In this document: positions 40,288-54,300 of the stretch, one piece after another | How the letters are laid out: every line of letters starts with the position of its first letter | Numbering within the stretch: the first letter of the stretch is position 1 | Assembly (NCBI GenBank): GCA_951406725.2 | Contig: OX597826.1 | Location: 66,092,001-66,156,000, forward strand | From: Octopus vulgaris | Lineage: Eukaryota | Reading direction: 5' to 3' | DNA length: 64,000 bases | Made by a program: the position numbers and the translations under genes | The notes under the pieces: generated by a model | Told to the model about the DNA's origin: nothing | Databases searched by the model: none | What the model saw: the letters and a program-made list of their open reading frames with translations, nothing else

Positions 40288-41546
40288 TTCTACCAAATAT
40301 ATAGATTTTATTTATTATTTTGCACATTACTTAATCATTGGTATATGTTTTATCTTATATTTAATCTTTCTATAAGATGTAATTTTTCCAAATGGTATAA
40401 TATATGTGTGTGTGTGTGTGTGTATGTGTGCAGTATAGTGTTCTTGTTTAGCTCCAGATCAGCCCTGATCAAAGACATTCCTGTAGTAACCATCCCATCT
40501 TTTTCCCTGAGTTGAGAACTCAGAACCACAATATTCATTTCAGTGAGTAATGTTCAACAAATTACAAATAAATACAAATTTTACTTAATGAAAAATTACA
40601 TATGAAATACAATGAAAGAATTGATTAGAAAATAATGATCTCTTATCTTTCTAGTAGTCAATCTGCACAAAAATTTTGTTGCGCAAATTTTTGTCCACAC
40701 ACCCCCATGACATAATGTGTGTGCACCGAATGTATAATAAAAGTATTATTATCATAATTATTATTATTATTTACTACATCATTTTAGGCAACTAACATAT
40801 TGTACACTCAATTTCCTGTATATGCATTAATTTCTCTCATAAGACATGTGCAAACACACAGCTTAGAGAGAACAGTGCAACGTTTGTTGTCCATGTATTG
40901 AATGACAGTGAACAATAACTGCAATCAAGCTAACAAAGGGTCCTCCATGTGATTGACTTGCAAGAAACAACAGCCAAATTCATTCAAATCGTACTGTTTA
41001 AAATGAACCAAAAAGGTACTAACACTCTTTTTCTCTCCCTCCAACTAGGGTAACCATCTATTTCCTCTACAGCAAAACATCTGTTTCTCTCCCTCTGTCA
41101 TATGCTTACCTTTCACCACCAGGCATAGAGCCACTGCCTTCTATACCACCCCATCTTTCAAAGGATTTTTTTTATTCTCATAAGCTATTTACTGGTGCCA
41201 TGTAAAAAGCATCCAGTCCACTCTGTAAAGTGGTTGGCTTTTGAAAGGCCATCCATTAGTAAAAACCATGCCAAAGGAGACCTCACTGGTACTAATGCCA
41301 CATAAAATACACTCAGCTCACTCTGTAAAGTGGTTGGCATTAGGAAGGGCATCCTGACATAGAAACCATTCCAGTGCAGACAGTGGAGCTTGATGCAGTC
41401 TTCTAACTTGCCCAGTTTCTGTCAAACCATCCAACCAATGCTAGCATGGTAGACAGATTTAAATGATGATGATGATGGATAATGTAGAGTGAAAAGAAAA
41501 AGATATGGGATTGTTACAATGGCAATGCCTTTGATTGTGGGTTTAA

Positions 41547-41765
41547 CCCTTTAGTATTTAAACCGGCCATATCCGGCCAAAATAGTTAATCTGCTTTATG
41601 TTCAAACTGATCAGATCCAAGCTCTCACACCTACCCTACAATGTTATTCTACATTAAGTAATTACACCATCAAGATCTTGAAGATATGAGATAATGCATG
41701 ATTAATTCAAATCAATGGGAATCAATAGGCATTATGTTTGACTGAATAATCTGAACACTAAAGGG
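41547..41765. mobile_element. piggyBac-type MITE, 219 bp
   Basis: TTAA-CCCTTTAGT...ACTAAAGGG-TTAA; a related copy missing the left terminus lies at ~51129-51320. Confidence 0.8.
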
Positions 41766-42104
41766 TTAAGGCTCATTAAGAACTGGCTTGGGAAGGGAAT
41801 TAAAGAATAACTGCAACAGAGAATATTCTAATAACTGCAATAAGTTCAAAGTAGTTGTTTTCGGCGAAAACCTTTATGAACAACCATACATCCTTGGAGA
41901 ATAAGAAAAACATGAACAAGAGGTGAGATATTTAATAATAATATTATTAATAATAATAATAATAATAAGAAGAAGAAGAAGAAGAATGACAATTTAGTTA
42001 TACAGGGGAAGTGGATGTTGTGATGTCGATGCCTTTCCCCAGGGCATTAGCAAAATAAGTGAAGCTGTTTCAGCCAGGAATCAAAACCTACTCAGATTTC
42101 ACTG

Positions 42105-42137
<33 letters not shown>

Positions 42138-42562
42138 TAACAAAACAAAAATGATGATTTCTAAAATATGCACAAGGCCTCAAATTCGGAAAGAGGAAGT
42201 GCAGTCGATTATATTGACTCCTGTACTTGACTGCAACTTATTGACCCTAGAAGGATAAAAAGCAACGTTGACCCCCACCCAACTTCTGAAGGATTTGAAC
42301 TCAGAACATAAAGGGACTTAACTAAACCAGCCTTATAATAATGTTTCTAATTTAAAATAATAATAATAACAATAATCCTTTCTACAACAGGCACAAGGCC
42401 TGAAATTTTTTTAGGGGAGAGGGCTAGTTGATTACATTGACCCCAGTGCTTAACTGGTACTTATTTCATCAGCCCCAAAAGGACGAAAGGCAAAGTTGAC
42501 CTCGGCAGAATTTGAACTCAGAGCACAGAGATGGATGAAATACAGATAAGCTTTTTGCGATA

Positions 42563-42601
<39 letters not shown>

Positions 42602-43172
42602 CCTGATGCAGTACCAGGCAGTGGCTCTCATGGCTTCTGATCTTAACTGATTGGAAGTGTTATCATGTACATTGTTTTGTTTTGGTATAAAAGATGGGCT
42701 ACAGCAAATATTCTGCTCAATACCACAGATTTGCTTGTCAGTTGTTTGACCTTAACTAGTCGAGCATGTCCCTTAGTGGCTGACGATATGTGCATCTCTG
42801 ATCACGAGCAGAAGTAGTGGGGGAGCATCATAGCCATGTGTTGAGAGGGATTCTTTGGGGTTTGAATAATTCACCTCTGGAAACATGGGTGTTTCGTTCA
42901 ACATCCTTAAACAACCCTTTTTCAGGGACCTTTTGAGCAGGATGGGTTACTTGACCAGAAGAAAATTCTAACTGGGCCCCACCTACAAGGTCATGTGTTG
43001 TTTATCTTGATATGAGATCACCATGTCGCGCACATATGGTTGTGATGCATGTGCCTGGTATACCCTTATCAGACGGGTAGTCATGATGGGTATACTGGGC
43101 TTCGTATATTTTACCCCAGTGTCACTTTGATGGCATGCACTGCTCTCTTACTCAATAATAATAATAATAATA
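42602..43172 (+). mobile_element. Retroelement 3' end with (AAT)n tail (family D), longest copy
   Basis: Flanked by (AAT)n on both sides; matches 30588-31045. Confidence 0.8.
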
Positions 43173-43536
43173 ATAGTTATTATCATAATAATTGTTCTTA
43201 GTTGGACACAAATCCCAGGAAATTTGAGAAGGGATTAAACAATAACGCTGACACCAGATCTAGACTGGTAGGTACATTAAAAGGCAAAGCTGATCTTGGT
43301 GGGATTTGAACTAAGGAACTAGTAAAGAGCTGTAACTAAACACCACAAGGTATTTTCTTCAATGATCTAACAATTCTGCCAACCCCATGACCTAATGCAG
43401 GCACAAGGCCACAATAATTTCTTTGGAAGGGGGAGAGGGGTATAGTCAATTACATCAACCCCAGTATATAACTGGAACTTTTGTTTATTGGCCCTGGAAG
43501 AATGAAAGGAAATGTTGACCTTTGCAGGTTTTGAAC

Positions 43537-43567
<31 letters not shown>

Positions 43568-44064
43568 GGACAAAAGCTAACAGCATTCAGCAGTTGCATG
43601 TGGTGGTGGTGGGGATATGTAAACAAAATCTTGAGACAGACAGGGGAGAGACAGACAGACAGACAGAGCAGGGATAGCAGGGTGGAGATAGAGAAAAATA
43701 AACAGAAGAGGGGGGAATGAATAGAGAGGAGAAAAGAGAAAGTAAAAAGGGAAGAGAAAGACAGTGAAAGGAGGAGAGAGAGAAAGAGAGAGAGACAGAC
43801 AGAAATAAAAAGACGGAGAGACAATAAGAAAGTAAAGAAAGGAAGAGGGGAAACAGTCAGAGAGACAGTAAAAAGTGAAAGAGACGGGGCAGAGAGGGGG
43901 AGGGTAAGCTGGAAGAGAATGGGAGAGAGAAAGAGTAGATACAGATAAGAGAGAGAGAGAGAGGGGGGGAAGACACACAGAATGTAAACAGACACAAAGA
44001 CAAACACAAAAAAAAACAGAAGAAAAGAAAAAAAAAACACAACAAAACATTAAGTTGCAGGAAG

Positions 44065-44172
44065 TTAAGCCTCCCAGTTCTTGTATTCCATTCCAGATGG
44101 AGGTTTCACATCGACTGCTTTCTCTCCAACCTCGTTCCAATTGGTGCTGAGAACCGTGCCACTTGACTCTAC
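44065..44172 (-). CDS. SUGT1: SUGT1 last coding exon ([35 protein letters not shown])
   Basis: [12 protein letters not shown]...PP.GME SGS C-terminal signature; TAA stop at 44065-67. Confidence 0.96.
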   Translation of the reverse strand, partial: VESSGTVLSTNWNEVGEKAVDVKPPSGMEYKNWEA

Positions 44173-47100
44173 CTAGAAAGACAGACAGACAGTATGAGTG
44201 AGTGAGAGACGAGAAAATATTTATTGATAAATTATTTATACATGACAGGCACAGTGACGTGTGTGTGGATGAGAAGCTTGCTTCCCAACCATGTGGCATC
44301 AGGTTCGGTCCCACTGTTAGGGGCTGAGCAAAAGCCTTCGGAAGGGATTCGGTAGATGGCAACTGAAAGAAGCCTATCACACATGAGTGTGTGTGTGTGT
44401 GTGTGTGTACCTTGTCTTGACATCATGTGGTGGTTGTAAAGGAGCATCACTGTCCATCATACAAGTGATGTTGTTTGTTTCTGTGGGAAACATGTCTAGC
44501 CATGTGGAAATATCACCTTGCTTGGAAGTGAGTGAGTGTGTGTGTTGGGGGAGGGGGGTGGGCAGAGTGGAGTTGTCGACAAGAAGGGCATCTGGCAATG
44601 GAATATCTGCCTCAACAAATTCCATCTGATCCAATGTAAGCATGGAAAAGTGCATTGAGGCAGATTTTCTATGGATGGATGCCCTTCCTGTCTCCGACCC
44701 TTAACTGTTTCTAAGAAGGTAATATTTTCCCCATGGCCGGACATATTCTCACAAAATATTGGAAATTAATGACACTACTTGTATGACAGTGACAGCTATT
44801 TTACAACAATCACATGATGTCAAGACAAGGAACCACAAACATTAATACATATATTCTTTTATTCTTTTACTTGTTTCAGTCATTTGACTGCAGCCATGCT
44901 GGAGCACCTCCTTTAGTCGAAGAAATTGACCCTAGGACACAGTCTTTCTAAGCCCAGTACTTATTCTATCGATCTCTTTTTGCCATACCACTAAGTTACG
45001 GGGACATAAACACACCAACATCAGTTGTTAAGCGATGGTGGGGGACAAACACAAACACACAAACATATACATATATTCGATGGGTTTCTTTCAGTTTTCG
45101 TCTACCAAATTCACTCACAAGGCTTTGGTCAGCCCGAGACTATAGCATAAGACACTTGCTCAAGGTGCCACACAGTGGGACTGAACTTGGAATGATGTGG
45201 TTGGCAAGCAAGCTTCTTACCACACAGCCATGTATACATATGTTATTAACATTGGGCAAATGAGAAAGGTGTGCTCAAAATGTATTGCAGGGGATTTTTA
45301 TTAAAACTGAAGGTGAGAACTTGTGCACAACAGCTTCAGTTTTAATAAGAAATACATACACACATACATACAAGATGGGTTCTTTCAGTTTTCTTCAACT
45401 AAATCCACTCACAAGGCTTTGGTCAGCCTATGGCTATAGTAGATGGCACTTGCCCAAGGGGCCATACAGTGGGACTGAACCTGGAACCATGTGGTTGGGA
45501 AGCAAACTTCTTACCACATAGCCACATCTGCACCTTAAAAAAGGTTGCTAACTGGTCTTTCAACTTATGCTGGTAGCGATTCATTCTGAGCTAGGAATGT
45601 CACAGAAACACATATCTATGACTGCATTATCTAATGTAGATTTTGATCTTGTTACAAACACAGTATAAACTGTGAAAGATAAAGGGCTGATATATGTGTG
45701 TGTGTTGGCACCAGGTAAAAAGCATCCAGTACACTCTGTCAAGAGGTTGGCATTAGGAAGAGCATCCAACCATAGAAACGATGCCGTGACTGGAGCCTGA
45801 TGCAGCCCTCTGGCTTGCCAGCTCCTGTCAAACTGTCCAACCCATGCCTGCATGGAAAATGGATGTTAAATGATGATGACGATGATGATGATGATGATGT
45901 ATGTGCATGAGATATCCAGTAGAGTTGTAAAGAGAGTCTACTCACGTAAGACTTCACCATGGCCCGCTTCACGTCATCATTGCCATCAGCATAGATCTGT
46001 TGAAACAAGTGGTTTAACGCTGCATCACCTTCTGGCTTTTCGTTCTTCTCTTCCTCAGTAACTTCCTTCACAAACTTTTCCCAATTCCGAAAGTGACTCA
46101 AGGGCTTACTCTCTTTAACATCCGCTAGATGAAGACGAGAAAATATAACAACAATAAAATAACAATGAGATAAATCGTTTTTGACAGTGAATCTCTTAAG
46201 TAGATCAAGCTAAAAACAATCCTTTCTTCTATGGGAACAAGGCCTGAAATTTGAGGGGGGGGCTTGATGGTTACATCATCTGCAGTACCTGACCCCAAAA
46301 GGATGAATGGCAAAGTTGACTTTAGTGGAATTTGAACTAGGAACATAGAGACAGACGAAATGCTGGTCCAGTGAGCTAACGCTTCTGCCAGCTTGCCACA
46401 AGGTCAGCTATTTTTGGGGAGGAGGGGTTAAGTTGATAACATCAACCCCAGTGATCAACAGGTACTTATTTTACTGAACCCTGAAGGGATGAAAGGCAAA
46501 GTTGGCATTGGCGGAATTTGTTGATGATGATGATATCAAAGATGGTAGCAGTTATGATGGTGATGACTACAAGGATGGTGATAGATGCTTACCTTTTGAT
46601 ACTGAGGCATATGGTGTGTTGATAGTGTTGTCTGCAGAACTTTCCAAATGTTTCCAATGGATATCTTCTTTCTTTTTGAGTTTCACTTCAATCTGTGTGC
46701 AAACAAGAGGAGAGATGGCCAGCTGATCAGGGAGGTGGGCTTTTGTGAGAGTGTGTGTGTGTGTGTGTCTCTCTCCCATATGGGAGCCAAGGGAAGATAT
46801 TGCCAAAAGAGTCTCAATACAATTACTCAAGCTACTTGAAATAGCAATTAAATCTCCCTCAAATCACACCTACCCCCATTAAAAAATAAAGGGAAAGACA
46901 TACTGAGCTATATAGTCCTAGGTATACAAAAGACAGGAAGGATGCTTTAGTTATAATCCCTTTACATGGTCAGGGTTGGCTTTAGGCCAAGCAATAACAG
47001 GTGGGGAGTTCCTAAGAACCCAAGATTAACACAAGGTTTTATGAAATGAAGTAGATTAAGGAAATGAACCTACTATTAAGATGTCAAAAAATGAGCTTCT

Positions 47101-48230
47101 ATGCAGTTATTCAAGTCGCTAGAAATATCAGCCAAATACCACTTAATACCCTGTCATCTTTAAAAAGTAGGACACTTTGGATAATGTAGTCCTACATACT
47201 CTTAAATAAGATGTGCTGGTCATGGATAGAGTGCTTTGATTTTAAATCTGTTCAAATAGGATTAGCCTGGTGTTAAACAAACACCAGCACCAGAGACTTT
47301 GACAGGAAAGCTTCTCAGATGATTTGGTGGTACTTATTCATGGTCCCATTTAGGTGGTCATCAATTTACTGGTTTACTGACCCTAACCCTAGAGAGGTCA
47401 GACAACCACTTTATCTTCACAGACTTAGAAAAGTGTAGCTAGCATGCAGTGTGAAGTGTTCTGCATCAAAGACATTAATGAGAGAAAACTATCCCTGAAT
47501 AAGATGCTGTTGTATCACAAACAACATCATCACCATCATCATTTAACGTCCATTGTCCATGCTGGCATGGGTTGGATGGTTTGACCAGGGCTGGGAAGCT
47601 GAGGGGCTGCACCAGACTCCAGTCTGATTTGGCATGGTTTTCTATAGCTGGATGCCCTTCCTAATGTCAACCACTCCAAGAGTTTAATTCTCAGACAACC
47701 TGGTGGTACCTGTTATTCCTAGGTGTACTGGGGCAAAGTAAGAAGCTGGTTTATTCACAGACTGATGAAGAGAAGCAATGTAGAGTAAAAATAGTAACTT
47801 GTGTCAGAAACACTATAAATGGTAGAAGCTGATTTAAAAACGAACCTAAAAGAGAGAAAGTTGGTAAGTTAACCCTTTCAATATCAACCCACCTGAGACT
47901 ACCCTTTCACAACAGAAAATCCAAAAGTGTGAAACTTACTTTCAAAGGTGTGACTTTAACTTGACATTCAGCTGGGACAACAGCGTTGGCAAGATTTAGC
48001 TGCATTATGTACTCTTCACCATTATGTAGTTTAGCAACGAGTTTAAACTGAAAGAGAAAAAGGTAAAAAAAAAAAAATTTAAACAACACAGCAATTCAAT
48101 GTGGTGATGATGGGATGTGTGTGACTCATTTTTGTTGTTTTTCTACCCTTTTTAATCACTTCTTAAAACATGCAGGAAACAGTGCACTGATTCAAACACA
48201 CACACACATAATTAGATCACATTTTGCAGA

Positions 48231-48263
<33 letters not shown>

Positions 48264-48289
48264 CATACATACATACATACATACATACA

Positions 48290-48323
<34 letters not shown>

Positions 48324-51300
48324 ATCACAATATAGTACATAAATACTACTTCAGTTTTCAGACGGATGTGATTGAAATGAGATTACAGACAGACAGTAGT
48401 TTTATTTGTATGATAAGTAGAAATTTACATGATAAGGTTGCCTGTATTGAGCAGGATATTTTTCATCAAAGAAGGCATGTAGTTTACTAGCTAGGGTGTT
48501 GCACACACTATCACAGGATTGTGGTTTCGATTCCCAGACTAGCAAAACACTTCAGCTGTAAATGGATAACGTTGTTCCAGATTGGCGTTCCATTCAGCAG
48601 GAATGTTGTCCTGCTCACCTGACCAGCAGAGAGGCATCGTTCAAAAGCTACAAGCTACAGCAATGCAAAGTGCACTGTGACCAATGGTGTGTAACAACAT
48701 CCAATAATCTGGTCAATAAAGTGACCAGATGAAGGTAAAGACCCCTGCTTTGGTCATGAATGACTATGGGATTGCACTTAGAAAGTTCCCCTCCCAGGCA
48801 CAAGTCTAGGCAAGGGCATTTATGGAAGATCAGCAGTCGCCTAAGCATACCAGCCTCCCCTCCACACACCACCGATGTTATCCAAGGGAAAGGCAAAGGC
48901 TGATACAGTTTGGCACCAGTAACATCACAACTTATTTCTACAGCTGAGTGAACTAGAGAAGCATGAAATAAAGTGTCTTGCTCAAAAACACAACACACAG
49001 CCCGATCTGAGAATTGAACTCACTACCTTATGATAGTGAGCCTGACGCTCTAACCACTGAGCCGTCATCAAAGAAAGGTATGATCATGTGGTGAGCCAGT
49101 TTTTTAAAAGTTAGTAATGCAAATGGCAAGGTTATTTGCAGCACAAGACTCAAATGCTTTGATCACACTTCTATCCCTGTACCAGAACAAGACTCCCTTG
49201 TGTACACAGGAACAGTTAAAATGGCATTGCTCAAAATGTCCCTTAAATTCACCATTCATGACAGCAATGTCACTGTTGTCTGCAAGATGACCCCCTAGAA
49301 ACAACCCATTTGCTCATCACATGGTACAGATTGTAGTACATATTCAAATGTTGAAGCATCCAGTTGTAGAAACAATACCAAAACAGACACTGGGACATGG
49401 TGTGGCTCCTGGCCTTGCCAGCTCCGGTCAAACCGTCCAACCCATGCCAGCATGGAAAATGAATGTTAGATGATGATGATGGTAAGCAATTAGGGTATGT
49501 TTAGGATATTGTGCATAATCTGAACAGAAAATCTCTCACTTGGACTACATGAAAGTTAAGCTGTGCTAATTATATAGGACTAGCATTACTATTATTTAGT
49601 AAATTTCATAATGATAATCATACCTACATCACCAAATGATACGTACCAGGTATCTATACTGCATACAATAAGGCCTAGGCTATAATGAAGTTAATTGACA
49701 TTGTGACATATCAAATGTCAGGTGCATATATTCTCTAGCAACAGGTTTTTTATGTACAAAATATTCACCACACACCCTCCTATGTAACAGTGTAGACCAA
49801 TGAGGAAGTTTTCATGTAGTTGTTCCACTTAACAGAAATAACTGGCAATTGAACAAAGACTCATTGAATAATGTTGTTTAGCCCAAAGTCAGCCTTGATT
49901 GTGTAGACCTATGATCAAAGGCTTTCCAGACATGATCATCCCATCATTTTGTATATCTACAACTATATTGACCAACATGTACTTCCATTTTTAAGACAAT
50001 AATACTGTCATGTGAGTATACCTGGCTGCTGTTTCTAGCAGATTCAGTGATTGAACAGAAGCTTTCATCATAGACAGAGTGCTTTCCATTGCATGTCTGC
50101 AGGAACTGAACAACAAGGACACATCAGATAATGTATTCTTAGATACATTATGACGGTGGTGGTGGTGGATCTCTTTCATTCAACTATGAGGCTTCAGTCG
50201 TTCAACCAACTGAATTATCTGTTCTTGAATCAATGTCTATGTGGCTGAGTATTCCACAGACATGCATACCTTTAATGTGATTCTCAGGCAGAATCACAGT
50301 GACACAGCGCATAACAAGGCTCTACCTTTTGAGTTGCAGGTAGAATCCACCCATCAGGCTTCTATACAATTTTCTATCTTACCCAGTTTCACTCATAAGG
50401 TAAAAATCAACCCAAGTCTGTTGGAAATGACATTTTCCCAAGATGCCACGCGGTGGGATCAAACACAGGACCTTATAGTTGTAGAGCAAATTTTCGTAAC
50501 CAATTAGTCATTCTGAATCTACCTTAGACACATTATTGGAGTGGATTGTTCCCATTCAGTCCACAGCAGGGCGAGGACCTCAGCTCTCCACCAACGACAG
50601 CCTGATGTGGTAGCTATGAATTTAAGCTTGAGATCACCCTGGTTTGATGAGCCTCCTTCACCACATTGGATTGACATGGCTTGGCAGAGTGATGCAGTTT
50701 CTATACTCATGCCCAAGAGTAGAGACACATTATACCCAAGTAAAAGAGAGAATGATCCATGGCTAGAAAAAGTTTGAACATAGAACTGCTGGTTTGGGGT
50801 TGATGTGAGATAAAACAAACTGTCTACCAATGTACCAAAGAACTTTATTTTTTTAATAATTTTGTCAACCATAAATTCACTGTCTTGAGTTTTTATTGGG
50901 GTTTCAAGAACATCACACCATCAATAACAAAACTATAATGAGCCCCTAATAAAACTCAACTTACTGTTTTGTCACCATAATCTACTTGAATGTCGTCTTT
51001 ATTCACATTCTTCTCAAGAACAGTAATCACAGTAAATGTTTGTGTTTGGTACCAGTCATATCTGAGGAAGAGAGAGACAGAGAGGAATAATACTTCAACA
51101 TTACAAAGGACAGTAGTAACAGTATGAGTTAGTGTTTAGTACCAGTCATATCTGGCTCAAAATTTTTAGCTGTTTTATGATCAAACCGGCCAGATTTGGC
51201 TTCTCACAACTACCCTACAATGTCATTCAAAAACTAAACAATCATACCATCAAATTAATTCAAAGCAAGGTAAATAAAAAAAAACATTGAATTTGGCAGC

Positions 51301-54300
51301 AATATTTGAATGTTAAAGGGTTAAAGAAACTTTTAATATAATCTAACCAAAAATGTTTATTTTTAAAATATTTTATTTCCTATTCTACAATTATTAGTTT
51401 CGGTGAATTATTTTTATTCATGATAAGAAATGTTTTCGTGGCTTCTTTTTTCAATTCCCCAATTGCTGTGGAGAACAATATATTTATTTATCTTACAAAC
51501 AACAGAATTGACTATTTCACTGACTGAAGAATTTTTTTATAAAATAATTTACCCACCTCAAAAATACATAATTTCAAGTGGGAGAAGGAACTGCACTGAA
51601 TAAATCAATACTTTATAGCAGAATTAACTCTCTGACTGGAAATTTTAGTAAATCTGTTGCTCTTTTTTTATTACTTTCGTCTTTCTTCAACTAGTCTCCT
51701 TGTTTTTTATCTTTTTCCTTTCACCATATAGTTTTTTTTTATTTGAGAAATATGTATGGTCAGTTTTTTTTGCAGTTGCATGTGAAAAAAAAACAAATTT
51801 TGACCAAATATAAAACACAAACTTTGTTTCTCTTTACACTTTTTATACGAATTCAACGAATAAATTCAGTTTTTTTATCATGTTTTCCCAATAAACTGTA
51901 AGAAATTCATCTTAATCTAAGGATCAAGCAGATGACAGATGGACAGAGAAACACAGTTCTTATTATAATGCAGATTGCACATAAAAATTCGGTTTATAGC
52001 TAACACAACACTAATGGGTTAATGGTGAAGATAAGCTTATAAATAATGTTATTTGTAACATAGGCACAAGACCAGAAGTGTTTTTTTAGTGGGGTGGCAG
52101 GAGAGGGCAGTATTATTCATATCAATGACTTGATGAGATGAGAAATAGACAACCTTAGTGGTGGTCTTAACTCAGAATTTAAAAGGATGCAACAAAATAC
52201 TGCAAAACATTATCTAACATTCTACCAATTTTGCTAATCTGCTAAGAGGGCCTTTATGTAGTCGTTAGACATGTTAGAATTAGCAGCCAAATTTCCCTCA
52301 ACTCACACCTTATTGTATTAAATAGAAAACGGATAAAACAGTTCATGGTATACAAAAAGATGGCATGGGCATGGTTGGAATGCTTTTGGTCAGACCTTAG
52401 TAGGTCGTGACTTTTATGCCTTTTGCAAAAGCATTAAAAGGCAGGTAGAAGAGAGAAAATGTGCATGCTGAGAAAATAGAAGTTGCCAAATAGAGAGGCT
52501 GTCAAAAGTCTTACTTTGTCCTGTGGGGTGCTGGAGTGGGTGTGACAGCAGAAGTAGCAGACTCAACACTTGTTTCTGGGTTCACATCCTGTGTGCTGCT
52601 ATTTGGAACCTGAAAATCATTAAAGTAAGTGTGTTGTAAAGAATTGCAAGGGTTCTAGTGTATTCTTCACATCTTCAAGAGTTTAGAGAAGGTAAGAGAT
52701 TCAAGTGCTGAACTACTTCAAATCAGATTGTAAGTTCTAATTTCAGGTCAACCATTTTGAGTCTGTTCCAGTTGTTGTTGTTGTACAAACCTTGATGAGT
52801 GGTGGATGTCATGTTAAGAAATTTAGGGATTGCGGCCTACCAATACAGAGCAACAAGACTTGCCATAATTTGGTTTGAGAGTACACAGGATGTAGGAGAT
52901 GGTTTGTGTGGTGTGGTGCAGACATGTGTGGGTAACTGGTGCATGATGTACAGGATGTAGTGTAGAGAGGTTATATGTAGTGAAGTGTAATATTATAGAC
53001 ATATCATTTGGGTGTTTTATAATGTGCAATGAATGATAGGCTGTGTGAAGTGTAAGTATGGTCGTACGGACAAGTTGTGTAGAGTGTAGTATGGGAATGG
53101 TGTGTGTGTGATGCGTAGTTTGATAGTATGGAGATGTGTAGCATGATGTTGTATGGGATGTAGTTTAGTGTAAAAATCAAGGTATATTGACCTCAGGACA
53201 ATGAACCTTTCAGACGAGATGACAAAGAATTGAGATGCCTGGTGCCTTGCTGTACTCAAGAAGACTACAGGACGAAGTACTGAAGGATGACCTCAGGATG
53301 CTGAACCTTTCAGATGAGATGACAAAGGACCGAGATGCCTGGTGCCTTAAGAAGACCCATACCCTACAGCGAAAGTGTTAAGGCCACTCACCTTGCTGAA
53401 GAGGATTGGCCTGCAAGAGTCGAGTGCTGGTGCCATGTTAAAAGCTCCCAGTACACTCTGTAAAGTGGTTAGTGTTAGGAAGGGCATCCAGCCGTAGAAA
53501 CCATGTCATATCAGATTAGAGCCCGGTGCAGCTCTCCAGCTTTGGTCAAACCATCCAACCCATGCCAGCATGGATAACAGACATTAAAAGACGATGATGA
53601 TGATGGTGATGATTGCATGATGTAGTGTGGCAGTGAGGATGTGCGTAGGGTTTTGTAGTACTGAGGATGTGTACTGCAGTAATGGTGATATGTTGTGTAT
53701 TGAATTTGTGGGGACATGAGGGGTAGAGTGAGGATGTGTACAGTGAAGGGTAGTAATAAAGACATCTTGAATGGCGCAGTGCAATAGCAAGATGTTGTGT
53801 GGTGTGTGGTACATTAGCAGGAATGTGTTAATCCTAAAATATAATTCAAACTTTAAAAGAGAATTTTAAACTTTTCTCTAAAGACTCATTTATCTGGACA
53901 ATTTACACGCTTTCAAAGGAAATATTTTGGACAGTAGGGAGAAGTGTGGGCTTACATAAACAGAATAGAAGTTTAATGAATAGTGAAGCAGTATCTATGA
54001 TGTACTGTGCATAAAATTCTGTTGTTTTATGTGACTAATTAAATACAAATGAACAGGTAGAACGATGAAAGGGTTTACAATATATAGGTGTGAAAACGTA
54101 AGGCAGGAATGAGGAATAAAAAATAATAACTTACTGAATTCTGTTGTTTTTGTTCTTTTGGCACTGAAGAATATGGAAAAGAAAGAGATTTATATATAGA
54201 AAGTATTACACTGTAACAGTAATACTGTAATAGAAAATATAATGTCAATATATACTGAGTGACTCACAAGTCTTTTAGAGTGTATGTGTGTTAAGCACGA

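Noticed and set aside
43537-44380. Long hydrophobic ORFs overlapping the SUGT1 3' end
   Set aside because: CT-rich low-complexity 3' UTR and SINE sequence in alternative frames
53188-53348. 61-nt direct repeat with 100-nt period
   Set aside because: Duplicated decayed RTE ORF-end sequence (similar to 54298-54380 and 60640-60725)
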